From NCBI GenBank assembly GCA_964546655.1, contig CAZJKL010000007.1:4838-68837 (forward strand): a stretch of DNA of 64,000 bases, written 5' to 3'. Of this stretch, positions 20,128-29,797 are shown in pieces. The notes beneath the pieces were generated by a model. The model was given only the letters and a program-made list of their open reading frames with translations, had not been told where the DNA came from and did no database searches. Position 1 is the stretch's first letter. Each line of letters starts with the position of its first letter. The translations under genes and the position numbers were made by a program. The stretch is from an uncultured Bacteroidales bacterium. Its GTDB lineage: Bacteria; Bacteroidota; Bacteroidia; Bacteroidales; CAZJKL01.

Positions 20128-20340
20128 ATGATGAATGAAAATTGGATTCAAATCAGTTCTTATGGATGTATTCTAGATGCAGAAATTGCAAAAACTAAAC
20201 TAGAAGAAAATAATGTTGACTGTGTTTTAATTAATAAAAAAGACTCTTCATATAATTTTGGAGAGATAGAATTATTTGTGAAAAAAATGCAAGAAAATAT
20301 AGCAAAAGACATTATAAGTATTAATCATTTTGTCTTGTAA
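20128..20340 (+). CDS. Small DUF2007-like protein (putative signal-transduction fold)
   Basis: 70 aa. The pattern ...ILDAEIAKTKLEENNVDCVLINKKDS...IELFV resembles DUF2007. This is a weak, pattern-only call. Confidence 0.35.
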   Translation: MMNENWIQISSYGCILDAEIAKTKLEENNVDCVLINKKDSSYNFGEIELFVKKMQENIAKDIISINHFVL

Positions 20341-20357
20341 ATTGTTCTAATTTTTAA

Positions 20358-21167
20358 ATGGAAACTTTTTTAAAAAGATCTTTAACAGGTTTAATTTTTG
20401 GTTTTGTTTATTTATTATTAGCTTTTATAAATTATTTTACTTTAGGGTTTTTACTGCTTTCTATTGCTACTTTATGTTTATATGAATTTTATTGCTTAAA
20501 GTACAAAGTAGAGTTCCCTCGTTATATATGGTTAATTCCAGCTGTAATATTTTTTATTTTTTATTTTATAATTGCTCATTTTAATTTCGAATCAAAATAT
20601 TTTTTATTGTTTTTAGCTATTGTTCCTTTAATTTTTATTTATGAACTTTTTTCAGAAAATAATAAACTCTTAAGAAATATGTCTATAGGGGTACTTGGAT
20701 ATATTTATATCCTTTTACCGTGTATATTATGGCTAAATATTATTTATTCACCTTTTAGTAAAAATCATTATCAAATATTTATTGGATTTACTCTTATTTT
20801 ATGGGCAAATGATGTTGGTGCTTATTTGTTGGGAGTTTGGAAGGGTAAGCATAAAATGATGCCTAAAATTTCTCCAAAAAAATCATGGGAAGGTTTTTTT
20901 GGAGGTGTTTTATTAAGTTTAATGACAAGTTATATAATATATTTATTTTTTGACTCATTAACTTTATTTGATTGGATTAATATTTCTATAATTGTGTCAA
21001 TTTTTGGGAATATTGGAGATTTTATTGCCTCTGCAATGAAAAGAACTTGTAATAGAAAAGATTCTGGAATTTTATTGCCTGGGCATGGTGGCTTTTTAGA
21101 TAGATTCGATAGCTTCCTATTTGCATCAATTTTTGTTTTTATTTATTTATCAATAAAATATTTTTAA
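20358..21167 (+). CDS. cdsA: Phosphatidate cytidylyltransferase
   Basis: SPKKSWEGFFGG and the C-terminal GDFIASAMKR...GHGGFLDRFDS signature, with multiple TM helices. Confidence 0.88.
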   Translation: METFLKRSLTGLIFGFVYLLLAFINYFTLGFLLLSIATLCLYEFYCLKYKVEFPRYIWLIPAVIFFIFYFIIAHFNFESKYFLLFLAIVPLIFIYELFSENNKLLRNMSIGVLGYIYILLPCILWLNIIYSPFSKNHYQIFIGFTLILWANDVGAYLLGVWKGKHKMMPKISPKKSWEGFFGGVLLSLMTSYIIYLFFDSLTLFDWINISIIVSIFGNIGDFIASAMKRTCNRKDSGILLPGHGGFLDRFDSFLFASIFVFIYLSIKYF

Positions 21168-21171
21168 TTTT

Positions 21172-21831
21172 ATGACAATTCACAAGGAAGGATTTGCAAC
21201 AATTATTATAGTATTAGCAAGTTTATTAATAATTAATATTATAACTTGTTATTTATCAAGAGAATATAAAATTATTTTTTATTCAGTATTAACAGCTTCA
21301 ATATTATTTTTATTATTTATTTTATTTTTCTTTAGAGTTCCAGAAAGACAATTGTTAAAAGATGAGACTGTTGTTGTTTCTCCTGCTGATGGTAAAGTTA
21401 TTATTATAGAAGAAATATATGAGAATGAATATTTTAAAGAAAACAGATTAAAAGTTTCTATCTTTATGTCTCCTTTTAATGTTCATCTTAATAGATACCC
21501 TTTTTCTGGCGTAATTTCTTATTGTAAATATCATCCTGGTAAATATTTAGTTGCTTTTCATCCCAAAGCTTCAGAACTAAATGAACGTTCTACAGTAGTA
21601 GTAAAATCTTTAAATGGAACAGAAGTGTTATTAAGACAAATTGCTGGATGTGTTGCTAGAAGAATCGTAACTTATTCTAAGGATGGAGAGCAAGTTAAAC
21701 AAACAGATGAACTTGGTTTTATTAAATTTGGTTCAAGAGTCGATTTATATTTTCCTATTGGAACAAAACTTAATGTAAAAATTGGAGATAAAGTTCAAGC
21801 GGGTGTTTCAAATATTGCTGACCTCAAATAA
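21172..21831 (+). CDS. psd: Phosphatidylserine decarboxylase proenzyme (short type)
   Basis: The motif FGSRVDLYFP contains the G-S self-cleavage site. It has an N-terminal membrane anchor and lies directly after cdsA. Confidence 0.85.
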   Translation: MTIHKEGFATIIIVLASLLIINIITCYLSREYKIIFYSVLTASILFLLFILFFFRVPERQLLKDETVVVSPADGKVIIIEEIYENEYFKENRLKVSIFMSPFNVHLNRYPFSGVISYCKYHPGKYLVAFHPKASELNERSTVVVKSLNGTEVLLRQIAGCVARRIVTYSKDGEQVKQTDELGFIKFGSRVDLYFPIGTKLNVKIGDKVQAGVSNIADLK

Positions 21832-21846
21832 ATCACTTTTTTATAA

Positions 21847-22458
21847 ATGAAAGAGAATGAAATTGAGGTATTAAAAAAATATATACCAACAGAATCTATT
21901 AATTATGTTGTGAATATATTTAATAAAATCCCCATTAAATTAATTATTAAACGTAAAAGACATACTAAATCAGGAGATTATAAATATTCAAGTATTGATA
22001 AAAAACATTGTATTACTATTAATTATGATTTAAATAAGTATAATTTTCTAATTACACTAATACACGAAATAGCACATGCTATTACTTTTGAGGAAACAAA
22101 ATATAAAAATGTGAAGCCTCATGGAATAGAATGGCAAAATAATTTTAAAAAAATAATTTTCCCTTTAATTAATGCTAATGTCTTTCCTGAAAATCTAAAA
22201 GAAAAATTGATAATTCATTTTTTAAAACCTAAAGCATCTACGTATAGTGATAAAGTTTTATTAAAAGAACTAAATACATATAGTTTAAAAAACGATTTAT
22301 ATATTGAAGATATTCCTATAAATGCGATATTTATGCTTGAAAACGGAAACGTTTATCAAAAACTTGAAAAAAACAGAACAAGATTTAAATGTAAAAGTTT
22401 AAATAATGATAAGATTTATTTAATTAGTTCATTAGCTCCTATAAAACTAATGAACTAA
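21847..22458 (+). CDS. SprT-like zinc-metallopeptidase-domain protein
   Basis: HExxH in LIHEIAHAITF, followed by PHGIEWQ, as in the SprT family. Confidence 0.55.
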   Translation: MKENEIEVLKKYIPTESINYVVNIFNKIPIKLIIKRKRHTKSGDYKYSSIDKKHCITINYDLNKYNFLITLIHEIAHAITFEETKYKNVKPHGIEWQNNFKKIIFPLINANVFPENLKEKLIIHFLKPKASTYSDKVLLKELNTYSLKNDLYIEDIPINAIFMLENGNVYQKLEKNRTRFKCKSLNNDKIYLISSLAPIKLMN

Positions 22459-22460
22459 AA

Positions 22461-23915
22461 TTAAAATTTAAATCCAACTGTTATATTAAACATTCCTGAG
22501 CTTCTTTCAATTAATGCTTCGTTAACTAAATCCGGTGAATAAACGTAATGATTATATTTGTAATTTGAATAAATATATCCAAAATCAATATAATACGATT
22601 CTTCTCTTATCCCAAAACCACCTGAGATAGAAGTTCTTTGGCCTATTTTATTTGTCGCATTAACATAAGGAGAGTCATAAAAAGCATAGCCACCTCTTAT
22701 TGCAAAAGGTTTTATATTTATTTCGCCACCAACTTTATAAACATTTGTAGTTCCAAATGAATTATTAATAGCTCTATTTTCAGTTGTATATAGATAATCA
22801 TTTGACCTTATTCTTGCATCAGAATAGTTAATTAATTCATACTCACCAGAAATAAATCCATATTTACCAATAACAAAGCCAATACTTGAAATAATTTTCA
22901 TAGGAGTGGTTATATTATAGCTGTAATTTCCAATAGCACTAGAAGTATCATATACAACTTCATTAACTTGTGATGAAATAGAAGTGCTGTATTCATCGCT
23001 CAAAGAATAGAAAGTTGGAGTGTGGAAAGATAAGCCCAAACGAACCCATTGATAAGGTTTATAAATAATACCTAACTTAGCATTAACACCATTACCTTTT
23101 GTTTTTAAATTTTCATAAAGAATAAAATCTTGCATATCACAAGCAGTATCATTATCATTAACTTCTTTATATTCACTCTCTTCTATATAACGCAAATTAA
23201 CAATGCCAATCGAACCTCCTATATATACTTTGTTGTTGTAGTTCCCGGCAATAGCAAAAACTGTTTCTCCAATGCCACCTCTTTTATTGATTGATTTGCT
23301 TTGTTGTACTCCATTAGCTGGGATTTTACCAATATATTGATTGTTTGTTGAGTTTGTATCTGGATCTGGGTCAATAAGCCAAGTAGAATAGGCTAAATAT
23401 GAATAAAATGGGTCAAGATTATCAACATCATAACCATTTGCTTTGTTAGCAAAATCTTGAATCATAGAAGATTTTGAGTTAAATCCATCTAAATAAATAT
23501 TTTCATAAAAATTGTTATATCTATTATAACCCATCGCAAAATTTATAAATTTCCATTCTTTGTTTTCTTCTTTAGAAGAAATATCAATTGCTCCTACAAT
23601 TCCAACTTGTGGAATATTGATAGTATATCTGCTATCTGAAGTTTTGCTATTGTAAAAAATTGAACTAGAGGTATTGTTATAAAAAGAAGGAGTAAACGAA
23701 AATTCAGATTTTCTGTAAACACCTAAACCTGCTGGATTAGATGAAATAGATGAAAAATCGCCACCTAAGGCCCCCATACTTCCAGCAACTGAATTATATC
23801 TTACTGTTCCATTATTGTAAAATTGCGAAAACATTAATGCGTGAGTTTCATCTTGAGAATAGGTATAATCTAATATTCCGATGAACAATAGAATAAATAC
23901 TACTAACTTTTTCAT
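22461..23915 (-). CDS. Outer-membrane beta-barrel protein (FadL/OMPP1-like family candidate)
   Basis: Signal peptide followed by GSMGALGGDFSSISSNPAGLGVY, as in Bacteroidetes FadL-like barrels. It has alternating beta-strand patterns throughout and a C-terminal aromatic residue (ITVGFKF). Confidence 0.5.
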   Translation of the reverse strand: MKKLVVFILLFIGILDYTYSQDETHALMFSQFYNNGTVRYNSVAGSMGALGGDFSSISSNPAGLGVYRKSEFSFTPSFYNNTSSSIFYNSKTSDSRYTINIPQVGIVGAIDISSKEENKEWKFINFAMGYNRYNNFYENIYLDGFNSKSSMIQDFANKANGYDVDNLDPFYSYLAYSTWLIDPDPDTNSTNNQYIGKIPANGVQQSKSINKRGGIGETVFAIAGNYNNKVYIGGSIGIVNLRYIEESEYKEVNDNDTACDMQDFILYENLKTKGNGVNAKLGIIYKPYQWVRLGLSFHTPTFYSLSDEYSTSISSQVNEVVYDTSSAIGNYSYNITTPMKIISSIGFVIGKYGFISGEYELINYSDARIRSNDYLYTTENRAINNSFGTTNVYKVGGEINIKPFAIRGGYAFYDSPYVNATNKIGQRTSISGGFGIREESYYIDFGYIYSNYKYNHYVYSPDLVNEALIERSSGMFNITVGFKF

Positions 23916-23940
23916 ATCATTTAAATTTAATTATTAATTA

Positions 23941-25164
23941 TTATCTTGTTCTTGAAGAAGATCCACTACTTCTATTGGAAGAGCTACTGCTACTCCTATT
24001 TGACGAAGAACTATTGCTGCTTCTATTCGAATTATTATTATTATTATTATTATTATAACTTCTATTATTAGAAGAATTGCTATTACTCCTATTGTAGGAG
24101 CTATTGTTATTGCTAGAACTTCTATTATTAGAAGGCTGACTAGTACTTCGGTTATAATTACTTTGATTATTTGAATTGTTTTGACTATTATGATTTACAT
24201 TATAGTTTTTATTGTAAGAATTATTGTAAGAATTACGATAGGTTCTGTTTTGATTATCTTGTTGATTGTAATTAGTATTTGATTCACTAGGTTTTTCATT
24301 AACTTGATTGGTAGGTTTGCTAGAGTAGTTTGAGTTTACCCTTTTGTAATTGCTATTTGTTTGAGTATTGTTAGTATTAGTGTTATTATTAGAATTGTAA
24401 ATAGGCTTCTGATTGCTAGTGCTATTAGAATTTACTCTTTTGTAATTATTATTAGGTTGAACGTTTCTATTATTTGAATTAATATCTTGATTAGTTTTAT
24501 AAGCATTATTATTTACAGCTTGATTACCAGTTCTAATATTAGAAGAACGAGAAACATTTCTATTAGAGCTTATGCTATTTCTCGGGCCATAATATCTATT
24601 ATTATATTTATTGTTGATTTTATAGTCATAATTATTATAACTATAATAATAAGGATTATTGTAATATCTATGGTGGTTGTATCCATAATAATATGAGTGA
24701 TTATAATAATAAGGGTCATAATAATAAGAGTTATAATAACCCCAACGAGGACTTCCAATATAAATACTTACCCCAGAATAATAAAATGGGTCATTCCAAT
24801 AGCCATAATAAAATGGGTCAAAATAGCCATATATATAATTATGACGATGAAATCTATTTATTTTAGATGAATAAGAATAATCATTATAATCATAGTTATA
24901 TTCATTGTCATCATAATAATAATTATTGGTTACATTAGAATTTCCATTTTCATAAGATTTGGTTTCTTTAGTATTTTCGTAAATAACACTATCATTATAA
25001 TAGTTGTTATTTTCATTATAATCTGCTTCTTGAGTCTGGATTTCTTTTTTATAAGATTTGTCTTTAGCAGGATTATAATATATGTCATCATATTGAGATA
25101 TTGCAATATTAATGTTTAATAAAAATATTAATATTGAGATGAGTAATGTTGTTAAAGTTTTCAT
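23941..25164 (-). CDS. Secreted low-complexity Asn/Tyr/Ser-rich protein
   Basis: Clear signal peptide (MKTLTTLLISILIFLLNINIAISQ). A Tyr/Asn/Asp-rich half (YYYDPYYYNHSYYYGYNHHRYYNNPYYY) is followed by an N/S/T/Q region and an (S/N)n-NRS repeat tail. Only 25 nt separate it from the downstream barrel gene. Confidence 0.6.
   Translation of the reverse strand: MKTLTTLLISILIFLLNINIAISQYDDIYYNPAKDKSYKKEIQTQEADYNENNNYYNDSVIYENTKETKSYENGNSNVTNNYYYDDNEYNYDYNDYSYSSKINRFHRHNYIYGYFDPFYYGYWNDPFYYSGVSIYIGSPRWGYYNSYYYDPYYYNHSYYYGYNHHRYYNNPYYYSYNNYDYKINNKYNNRYYGPRNSISSNRNVSRSSNIRTGNQAVNNNAYKTNQDINSNNRNVQPNNNYKRVNSNSTSNQKPIYNSNNNTNTNNTQTNSNYKRVNSNYSSKPTNQVNEKPSESNTNYNQQDNQNRTYRNSYNNSYNKNYNVNHNSQNNSNNQSNYNRSTSQPSNNRSSSNNNSSYNRSNSNSSNNRSYNNNNNNNNSNRSSNSSSSNRSSSSSSNRSSGSSSRTR
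24031..24056. repeat. (ATT)8 trinucleotide microsatellite inside the Asn/Tyr-rich CDS, encoding poly-Asn
   Basis: attattattattattattattattat read directly. It encodes the NNNNNNNN run. Confidence 0.9.
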
Positions 25165-25337
25165 AGTTTTAAGTTTTTAAAGACTAATTTCTTTTAACAA
25201 TAATTATACCAAATAATTTTTTGATGAAAAGAATGTTTTTTTATTAAAATTAATAGAAATATTTAAGACCACAAAAATTATTCGGTTATTATGATTATAA
25301 AATAAAAAACATTAATCAAGATATTAATAATTTTTAT

Positions 25338-25345
25338 TAAATTTG
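25338..25345 (+). promoter_or_regulatory. -7 promoter box TAAATTTG
   Basis: TAnnTTTG match 29 nt upstream of the pdxA ATG. Confidence 0.45.
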
Positions 25346-25374
25346 GCTTCTTTTATATTATGTAAATTATATAT

Positions 25375-26424
25375 ATGAGCCAAAATAAAATACGAATAGG
25401 CATTTCTTCTGGAGATATTAATGGAATAGGACTAGAAGTAATAATAAAAACATTTCTTGATCCTAGAATGTTAGATTTTTGCACACCAATATTATATTGT
25501 TCTTCTAAAGTTGCCTCTTATCATAGAAAAGTATTAGGGATAAATGATTTTAGTTTTAATTTAATAACTGATGCAGATAATGCTAATTCTAAAAGAGCAA
25601 ATATTATAAATTGTTGGGATGAAGAAGTTAAAATAGAATTAGGCTATTCAACAAAGATAGGGGGAATATATGCTTTGAAATCTTTGGAATGTGCATTAAA
25701 AGATTTGAAGGAGAATAAAATAGACGCTTTGGTGACAGCTCCAATAGATAAATATAATATTCAATCAGAAGCTTTTAATTTTCCTGGGCATACAGATTAT
25801 TTATCACAACAATTTTCTGGAGGGAAAGATTATTTAATGTTAATGACAAGTGAAACTTTAAAAATAGGTCTTGTTACAACACATATTCCATTAGTTAAAA
25901 TATCAGAATATATTACTAAAGAATTAATATTAAGTAAATTAGAAATATTAAACAAAACATTAGTTCAAGATTTTAATATAAGAAGACCAAAGATAGCAAT
26001 ACTTGGATTAAATCCACATGCTGGAGATAATGGAGTTTTAGGGAATGAAGAAAATGAGATAATATCTCCAGCGATAAAAGAAGCTAATGATAAAGGATAT
26101 GTTGTTTTTGGGCCATATCCTGCTGATGGATTTTTTGGTTCGTTAAATTATACAAAATTTGATGGTGTTTTAGCTATGTATCACGATCAAGGATTGGTGC
26201 CTTTTAAAACAATAGCATTTGGAACAGGAGTTAACTATACTGCTGGTCTTCCAATAATTAGAACTTCACCTGATCATGGAACTGCTTTTGAAATAGCAGG
26301 TAAAAATTTAGCAAATGAGTCTTCATTTAGAGAAGCAATATATTTAGCGTGCGACATACATAAAAATAGAATGCAATATAATATTTTAAAAGAGAATTCA
26401 TTAAAAGGGATAGAAAATGAATAA
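25375..26424 (+). CDS. pdxA: 4-hydroxythreonine-4-phosphate dehydrogenase
   Basis: IGISSGDINGIGLEV, GHTDYL, LNPHAGDNG and RTSPDHGTAF motifs. Confidence 0.92.
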   Translation: MSQNKIRIGISSGDINGIGLEVIIKTFLDPRMLDFCTPILYCSSKVASYHRKVLGINDFSFNLITDADNANSKRANIINCWDEEVKIELGYSTKIGGIYALKSLECALKDLKENKIDALVTAPIDKYNIQSEAFNFPGHTDYLSQQFSGGKDYLMLMTSETLKIGLVTTHIPLVKISEYITKELILSKLEILNKTLVQDFNIRRPKIAILGLNPHAGDNGVLGNEENEIISPAIKEANDKGYVVFGPYPADGFFGSLNYTKFDGVLAMYHDQGLVPFKTIAFGTGVNYTAGLPIIRTSPDHGTAFEIAGKNLANESSFREAIYLACDIHKNRMQYNILKENSLKGIENE

Positions 26425-27454
26425 TAATGAAAGAGAGAAATTTTCTTTTAATGAGTTAGTCAAGTTTATATATCAAAAAAGAAGAATATTATTGCTTTTA
26501 TCAACAGTTAGTGTTATAATCTCTTTTTTATCATCATTGTTGATAGAAGATAAATTTGAAAGTACAGTTATCCTTTTCCCTGCCTATTCAAACTCACTTT
26601 CTAAATCATTGATGTATGAGAATAATGCAAATAATTATGATATTTTAAGTTTTGGAGAAGAAGAGCAGGCAGAGCAATTATTACAGATTATTAATTCAGA
26701 TGAGATTAGAAATAAGATTATTAGAAAATACTCTTTAATGAGTCATTATAATATTGATTCAAAAGAAAAATATTGCAGAACTAAATTAAATGATTTATAT
26801 GATTCAAATATAAAAGCCGTTAAAACAAAGCATTTATCAATAGAAATAAGTGTTTTAGATAAAGATTCTGTCATTGCAGCAAAAATTGCAAATGATATTG
26901 CTAGCTTAATAGATACAGTTAAGTCGCAAATTCAGCAACAAAGATCAAAAATTGCATATGATGTTATAAAAAATGAATATGAAAATCTTAAGCATTCTAT
27001 AAAGGATATGGAGGATACGCTTAAATATATTAGGAGTAAAGGAGTTATTGATTATGAGTCTCAATCAGAAGTTTTTTCTGAACAATATGCGATTGCAGTT
27101 TCTAAAGGAGATACAAGAACAGTAAAAGCACTAGAAGAGAAGCTAAAGATTCTACAATTATATGGAGGTCAATATGTTTCAATAAGAGATGCATTAGAAT
27201 TTGAGTATAAAAAAATGAGCGAATTATCACAAAGATATAATGAAGCAAAAATTGATGCAGAAACAATATTTCCACAAAAATTTTTAGTTAATAAGGCCTA
27301 CCCAGCTGATAAAAAGGCCTATCCGATAAGATGGCTAATTGTTTTAATCTCATTTGTCTCAACTAATTTTTTAACAATATTTCTTTTATTAATTTTAAAT
27401 AATCAAAAAATACAAACACCATGGAAAAATATTTTGCAAACAATGAAATTCTAA
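26417..27454 (+). CDS. Wzz/GumC-like polysaccharide chain-length determinant (no kinase domain), paralog 1
   Basis: An N-terminal TM helix, a long coiled-coil periplasmic region and a C-terminal P-rich segment plus TM (AYPADKKAYPIRWLIVLISFV). It overlaps the pdxA stop by 8 nt. Confidence 0.6.
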   Translation: MNNNEREKFSFNELVKFIYQKRRILLLLSTVSVIISFLSSLLIEDKFESTVILFPAYSNSLSKSLMYENNANNYDILSFGEEEQAEQLLQIINSDEIRNKIIRKYSLMSHYNIDSKEKYCRTKLNDLYDSNIKAVKTKHLSIEISVLDKDSVIAAKIANDIASLIDTVKSQIQQQRSKIAYDVIKNEYENLKHSIKDMEDTLKYIRSKGVIDYESQSEVFSEQYAIAVSKGDTRTVKALEEKLKILQLYGGQYVSIRDALEFEYKKMSELSQRYNEAKIDAETIFPQKFLVNKAYPADKKAYPIRWLIVLISFVSTNFLTIFLLLILNNQKIQTPWKNILQTMKF

Positions 27455-28383
27455 AGATAATTTTTAAAAGAAGAAAAGAATTTTTAATAATTGGTATATC
27501 ATCAGTTATTTTGTCAATTATTTTGTCATCAAGTTTTTTTATTGCTCCAAAGTTTAAATCAGAGGCAATAATATATCCAGTGAATCTGAATACATATTCG
27601 AGTGAAAGCGAATCAGAACAAATGATTCAAATATTGTTGTCAGATAACATACCCAATACTTTAATTAAAAAATATAATTTATATAAACATTATAGAATTG
27701 ATACAACTAAAAAATATTTTCATACTTATGTGATTAAAGAGCTAGAGAATAATGTAAAATTTACTAAGACGGAATATGAATCAATTGTTATTGAAGTTAT
27801 GGATGAAAGCTCAATAATAGCGTTTAAAATGGTAAACACAATCATTGATGCATACAATGATAAAGTAAGAGAGATGCAAAGAGAAAAAACTAAAGAATTG
27901 ATTGATATTGTAGGTAAAAAATTGATTTTAAAGAGAATAGAAATAGACACTTTAGAAGAAAAAATTCAAAGATTAAGAGTTAATAAGAGCATATTAGATT
28001 ATAATACTCAGGTTGTAGAGGCAACAAAAGGGTATTTAAGAACCAGCGTTGTACCTACTAATGTTGAAGGGTCTACTAAAATTTTAAATAATTTAAAAAT
28101 TTATGGAAGTGAATTTTTAAGATTGCAAATAGCCTTAGACAGAGCGAATAATTTATATACAACGTTAGACGAGCAATTATGGAAGTTACAAATAGAATAT
28201 GATAAAAAATTAACTTATGCTCATATTATATCTAAACCAACCTTGCCAGATAAGAAATCGTATCCAGTTCGATGGCTAATTATTCTTGTTTCTTTCGTTT
28301 CGGTTGAATTTTTAGCTTTGTTATTATTCTTGTTTTTTGACAGTATTGGAAAAATAAATATATTAGATGTTGTTGAAAAATAA
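27421..28383 (+). CDS. Wzz/GumC-like polysaccharide chain-length determinant, paralog 2
   Basis: Same architecture as paralog 1, with a matching C-terminal motif (PTLPDKKSYPVRWLIILVSFV). It overlaps the previous gene by 34 nt. Confidence 0.6.
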   Translation: MEKYFANNEILKIIFKRRKEFLIIGISSVILSIILSSSFFIAPKFKSEAIIYPVNLNTYSSESESEQMIQILLSDNIPNTLIKKYNLYKHYRIDTTKKYFHTYVIKELENNVKFTKTEYESIVIEVMDESSIIAFKMVNTIIDAYNDKVREMQREKTKELIDIVGKKLILKRIEIDTLEEKIQRLRVNKSILDYNTQVVEATKGYLRTSVVPTNVEGSTKILNNLKIYGSEFLRLQIALDRANNLYTTLDEQLWKLQIEYDKKLTYAHIISKPTLPDKKSYPVRWLIILVSFVSVEFLALLLFLFFDSIGKINILDVVEK

Positions 28384-29797
28384 TTATATTGTATATCTAG
28401 TTAGTTTTTTATTTATAATAATAAATGCAGTTTTTATTATAAATGAACAATATTTATTTTTATTTTTCCCAATAATAATAATACTTGGGTATTTATTGTT
28501 TTATAAACTAGACATACTTCTTCTAATAATTATTGCATTAACTCCTCTTTCAGTTAATTTTGAAAACATTGGATTTGGTATTGGAATTACTCTCCCAACA
28601 GAACCATTGTTGGGTATTGTTTTAATAGTTGCTGGGTTAAATATATTTTATAATAGGGGAGTATATACTGGAAATAATATAGTTAGGCATCCCGTTTCAA
28701 TCTCAATTATTTTTTATTTGTTTTGGATTCTTGTTACTACTCTTACTAGTGTAATGCCTTTTGTTTCTTTAAAGTTTTTAATTGCCAAACTTTGGTTTAT
28801 TATACCTTTTTATTTTTTAGGAATATATCTTTTTAAAAATTTCAGAAATTTTTCTCGTGTTTATTGGTTATATATTATTCCATTTGTAATAATTATTTTT
28901 TACACTATAATTAATCATTATTTAAATGGATTTACCCAAAAATCAGGGAACTGGGTTATGAAGCCATTTTATAATGATCATACTTCTTATGGAGCTATTC
29001 TTGTAATGTTTTTACCTTTTATTTTAGGTTATACTTTTAATAAGAATTTTGAGAAAAAAAAGATTACATGGAATTATCTTCTAATTTTAATTTTTGTTGT
29101 GGCAATAATATTTTCTTATACCCGTGCAGCTTGGATTAGCTTGATTGTAGCATTAGTTCTTTTTATAATATTGAAATATCGTATAAAATTAATATTTATA
29201 ATATCAACAGCATTAATTTTTGCAATATTTGCATTTATGTTTAAAAAACAAATAGACTATTATTTAGAAAAAAATAATCAAGATTCTTCTAATAATTTAG
29301 TTGAGCATGTTCAATCAATGTCTAATATAACAACTGATGCCTCAAATTTAGAACGATTAAATAGATGGAATTGTGCAATAAGAATGTTTAAAGAAAATCC
29401 TATATTTGGAACAGGTCCTGGAACATATATGTTTCTTTATGCTCCATATCAGATTTCTAATGAAAAAACAATTATAAGCACAAACTCAGGAGATGGAGGT
29501 AATGCTCATAGTGAATATCTTGGCCCATTAAGTGAGTCTGGACTATTGGGGATGATTTCATTTCTTTTTATTATTATTACTTCATTTTATACAGCTATTA
29601 AAGTGTATTTTAAAAGTAATGACAACAAAGTTAAGTTTTTTGCAATTATCCCGCTATTAGGTTTAACTACTTATGTTTTCCATGGGATATTAAATAATTT
29701 CCTTGACACCGATAAGGCTTCAATACCTTTTTGGCTATTTATTTCTATGATTGTAGCATTAGATATTTTTTATTGTAAAAAAACATCTGAAATTTAA
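28367..29797 (+). CDS. O-antigen ligase/polymerase-like (Wzy_C domain) integral membrane protein
   Basis: At least 10 hydrophobic helices. The central motif YTRAAWISLIV is followed by a large loop with GxGxG..H (GTGPGTYMF...GGNAHSEYL), as in the O-antigen ligase family. Confidence 0.65.
   Translation: MLLKNNYIVYLVSFLFIIINAVFIINEQYLFLFFPIIIILGYLLFYKLDILLLIIIALTPLSVNFENIGFGIGITLPTEPLLGIVLIVAGLNIFYNRGVYTGNNIVRHPVSISIIFYLFWILVTTLTSVMPFVSLKFLIAKLWFIIPFYFLGIYLFKNFRNFSRVYWLYIIPFVIIIFYTIINHYLNGFTQKSGNWVMKPFYNDHTSYGAILVMFLPFILGYTFNKNFEKKKITWNYLLILIFVVAIIFSYTRAAWISLIVALVLFIILKYRIKLIFIISTALIFAIFAFMFKKQIDYYLEKNNQDSSNNLVEHVQSMSNITTDASNLERLNRWNCAIRMFKENPIFGTGPGTYMFLYAPYQISNEKTIISTNSGDGGNAHSEYLGPLSESGLLGMISFLFIIITSFYTAIKVYFKSNDNKVKFFAIIPLLGLTTYVFHGILNNFLDTDKASIPFWLFISMIVALDIFYCKKTSEI

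Noticed and set aside
24487-24758. Two ORFs (69 aa plus-strand, 62 aa minus-strand alternate frame) inside the Asn/Tyr-rich gene
   Set aside because: They are Ile/Thr-only low-complexity translations of the same AT-rich repeats in other frames. Only the long signal-peptide-bearing frame is plausible.
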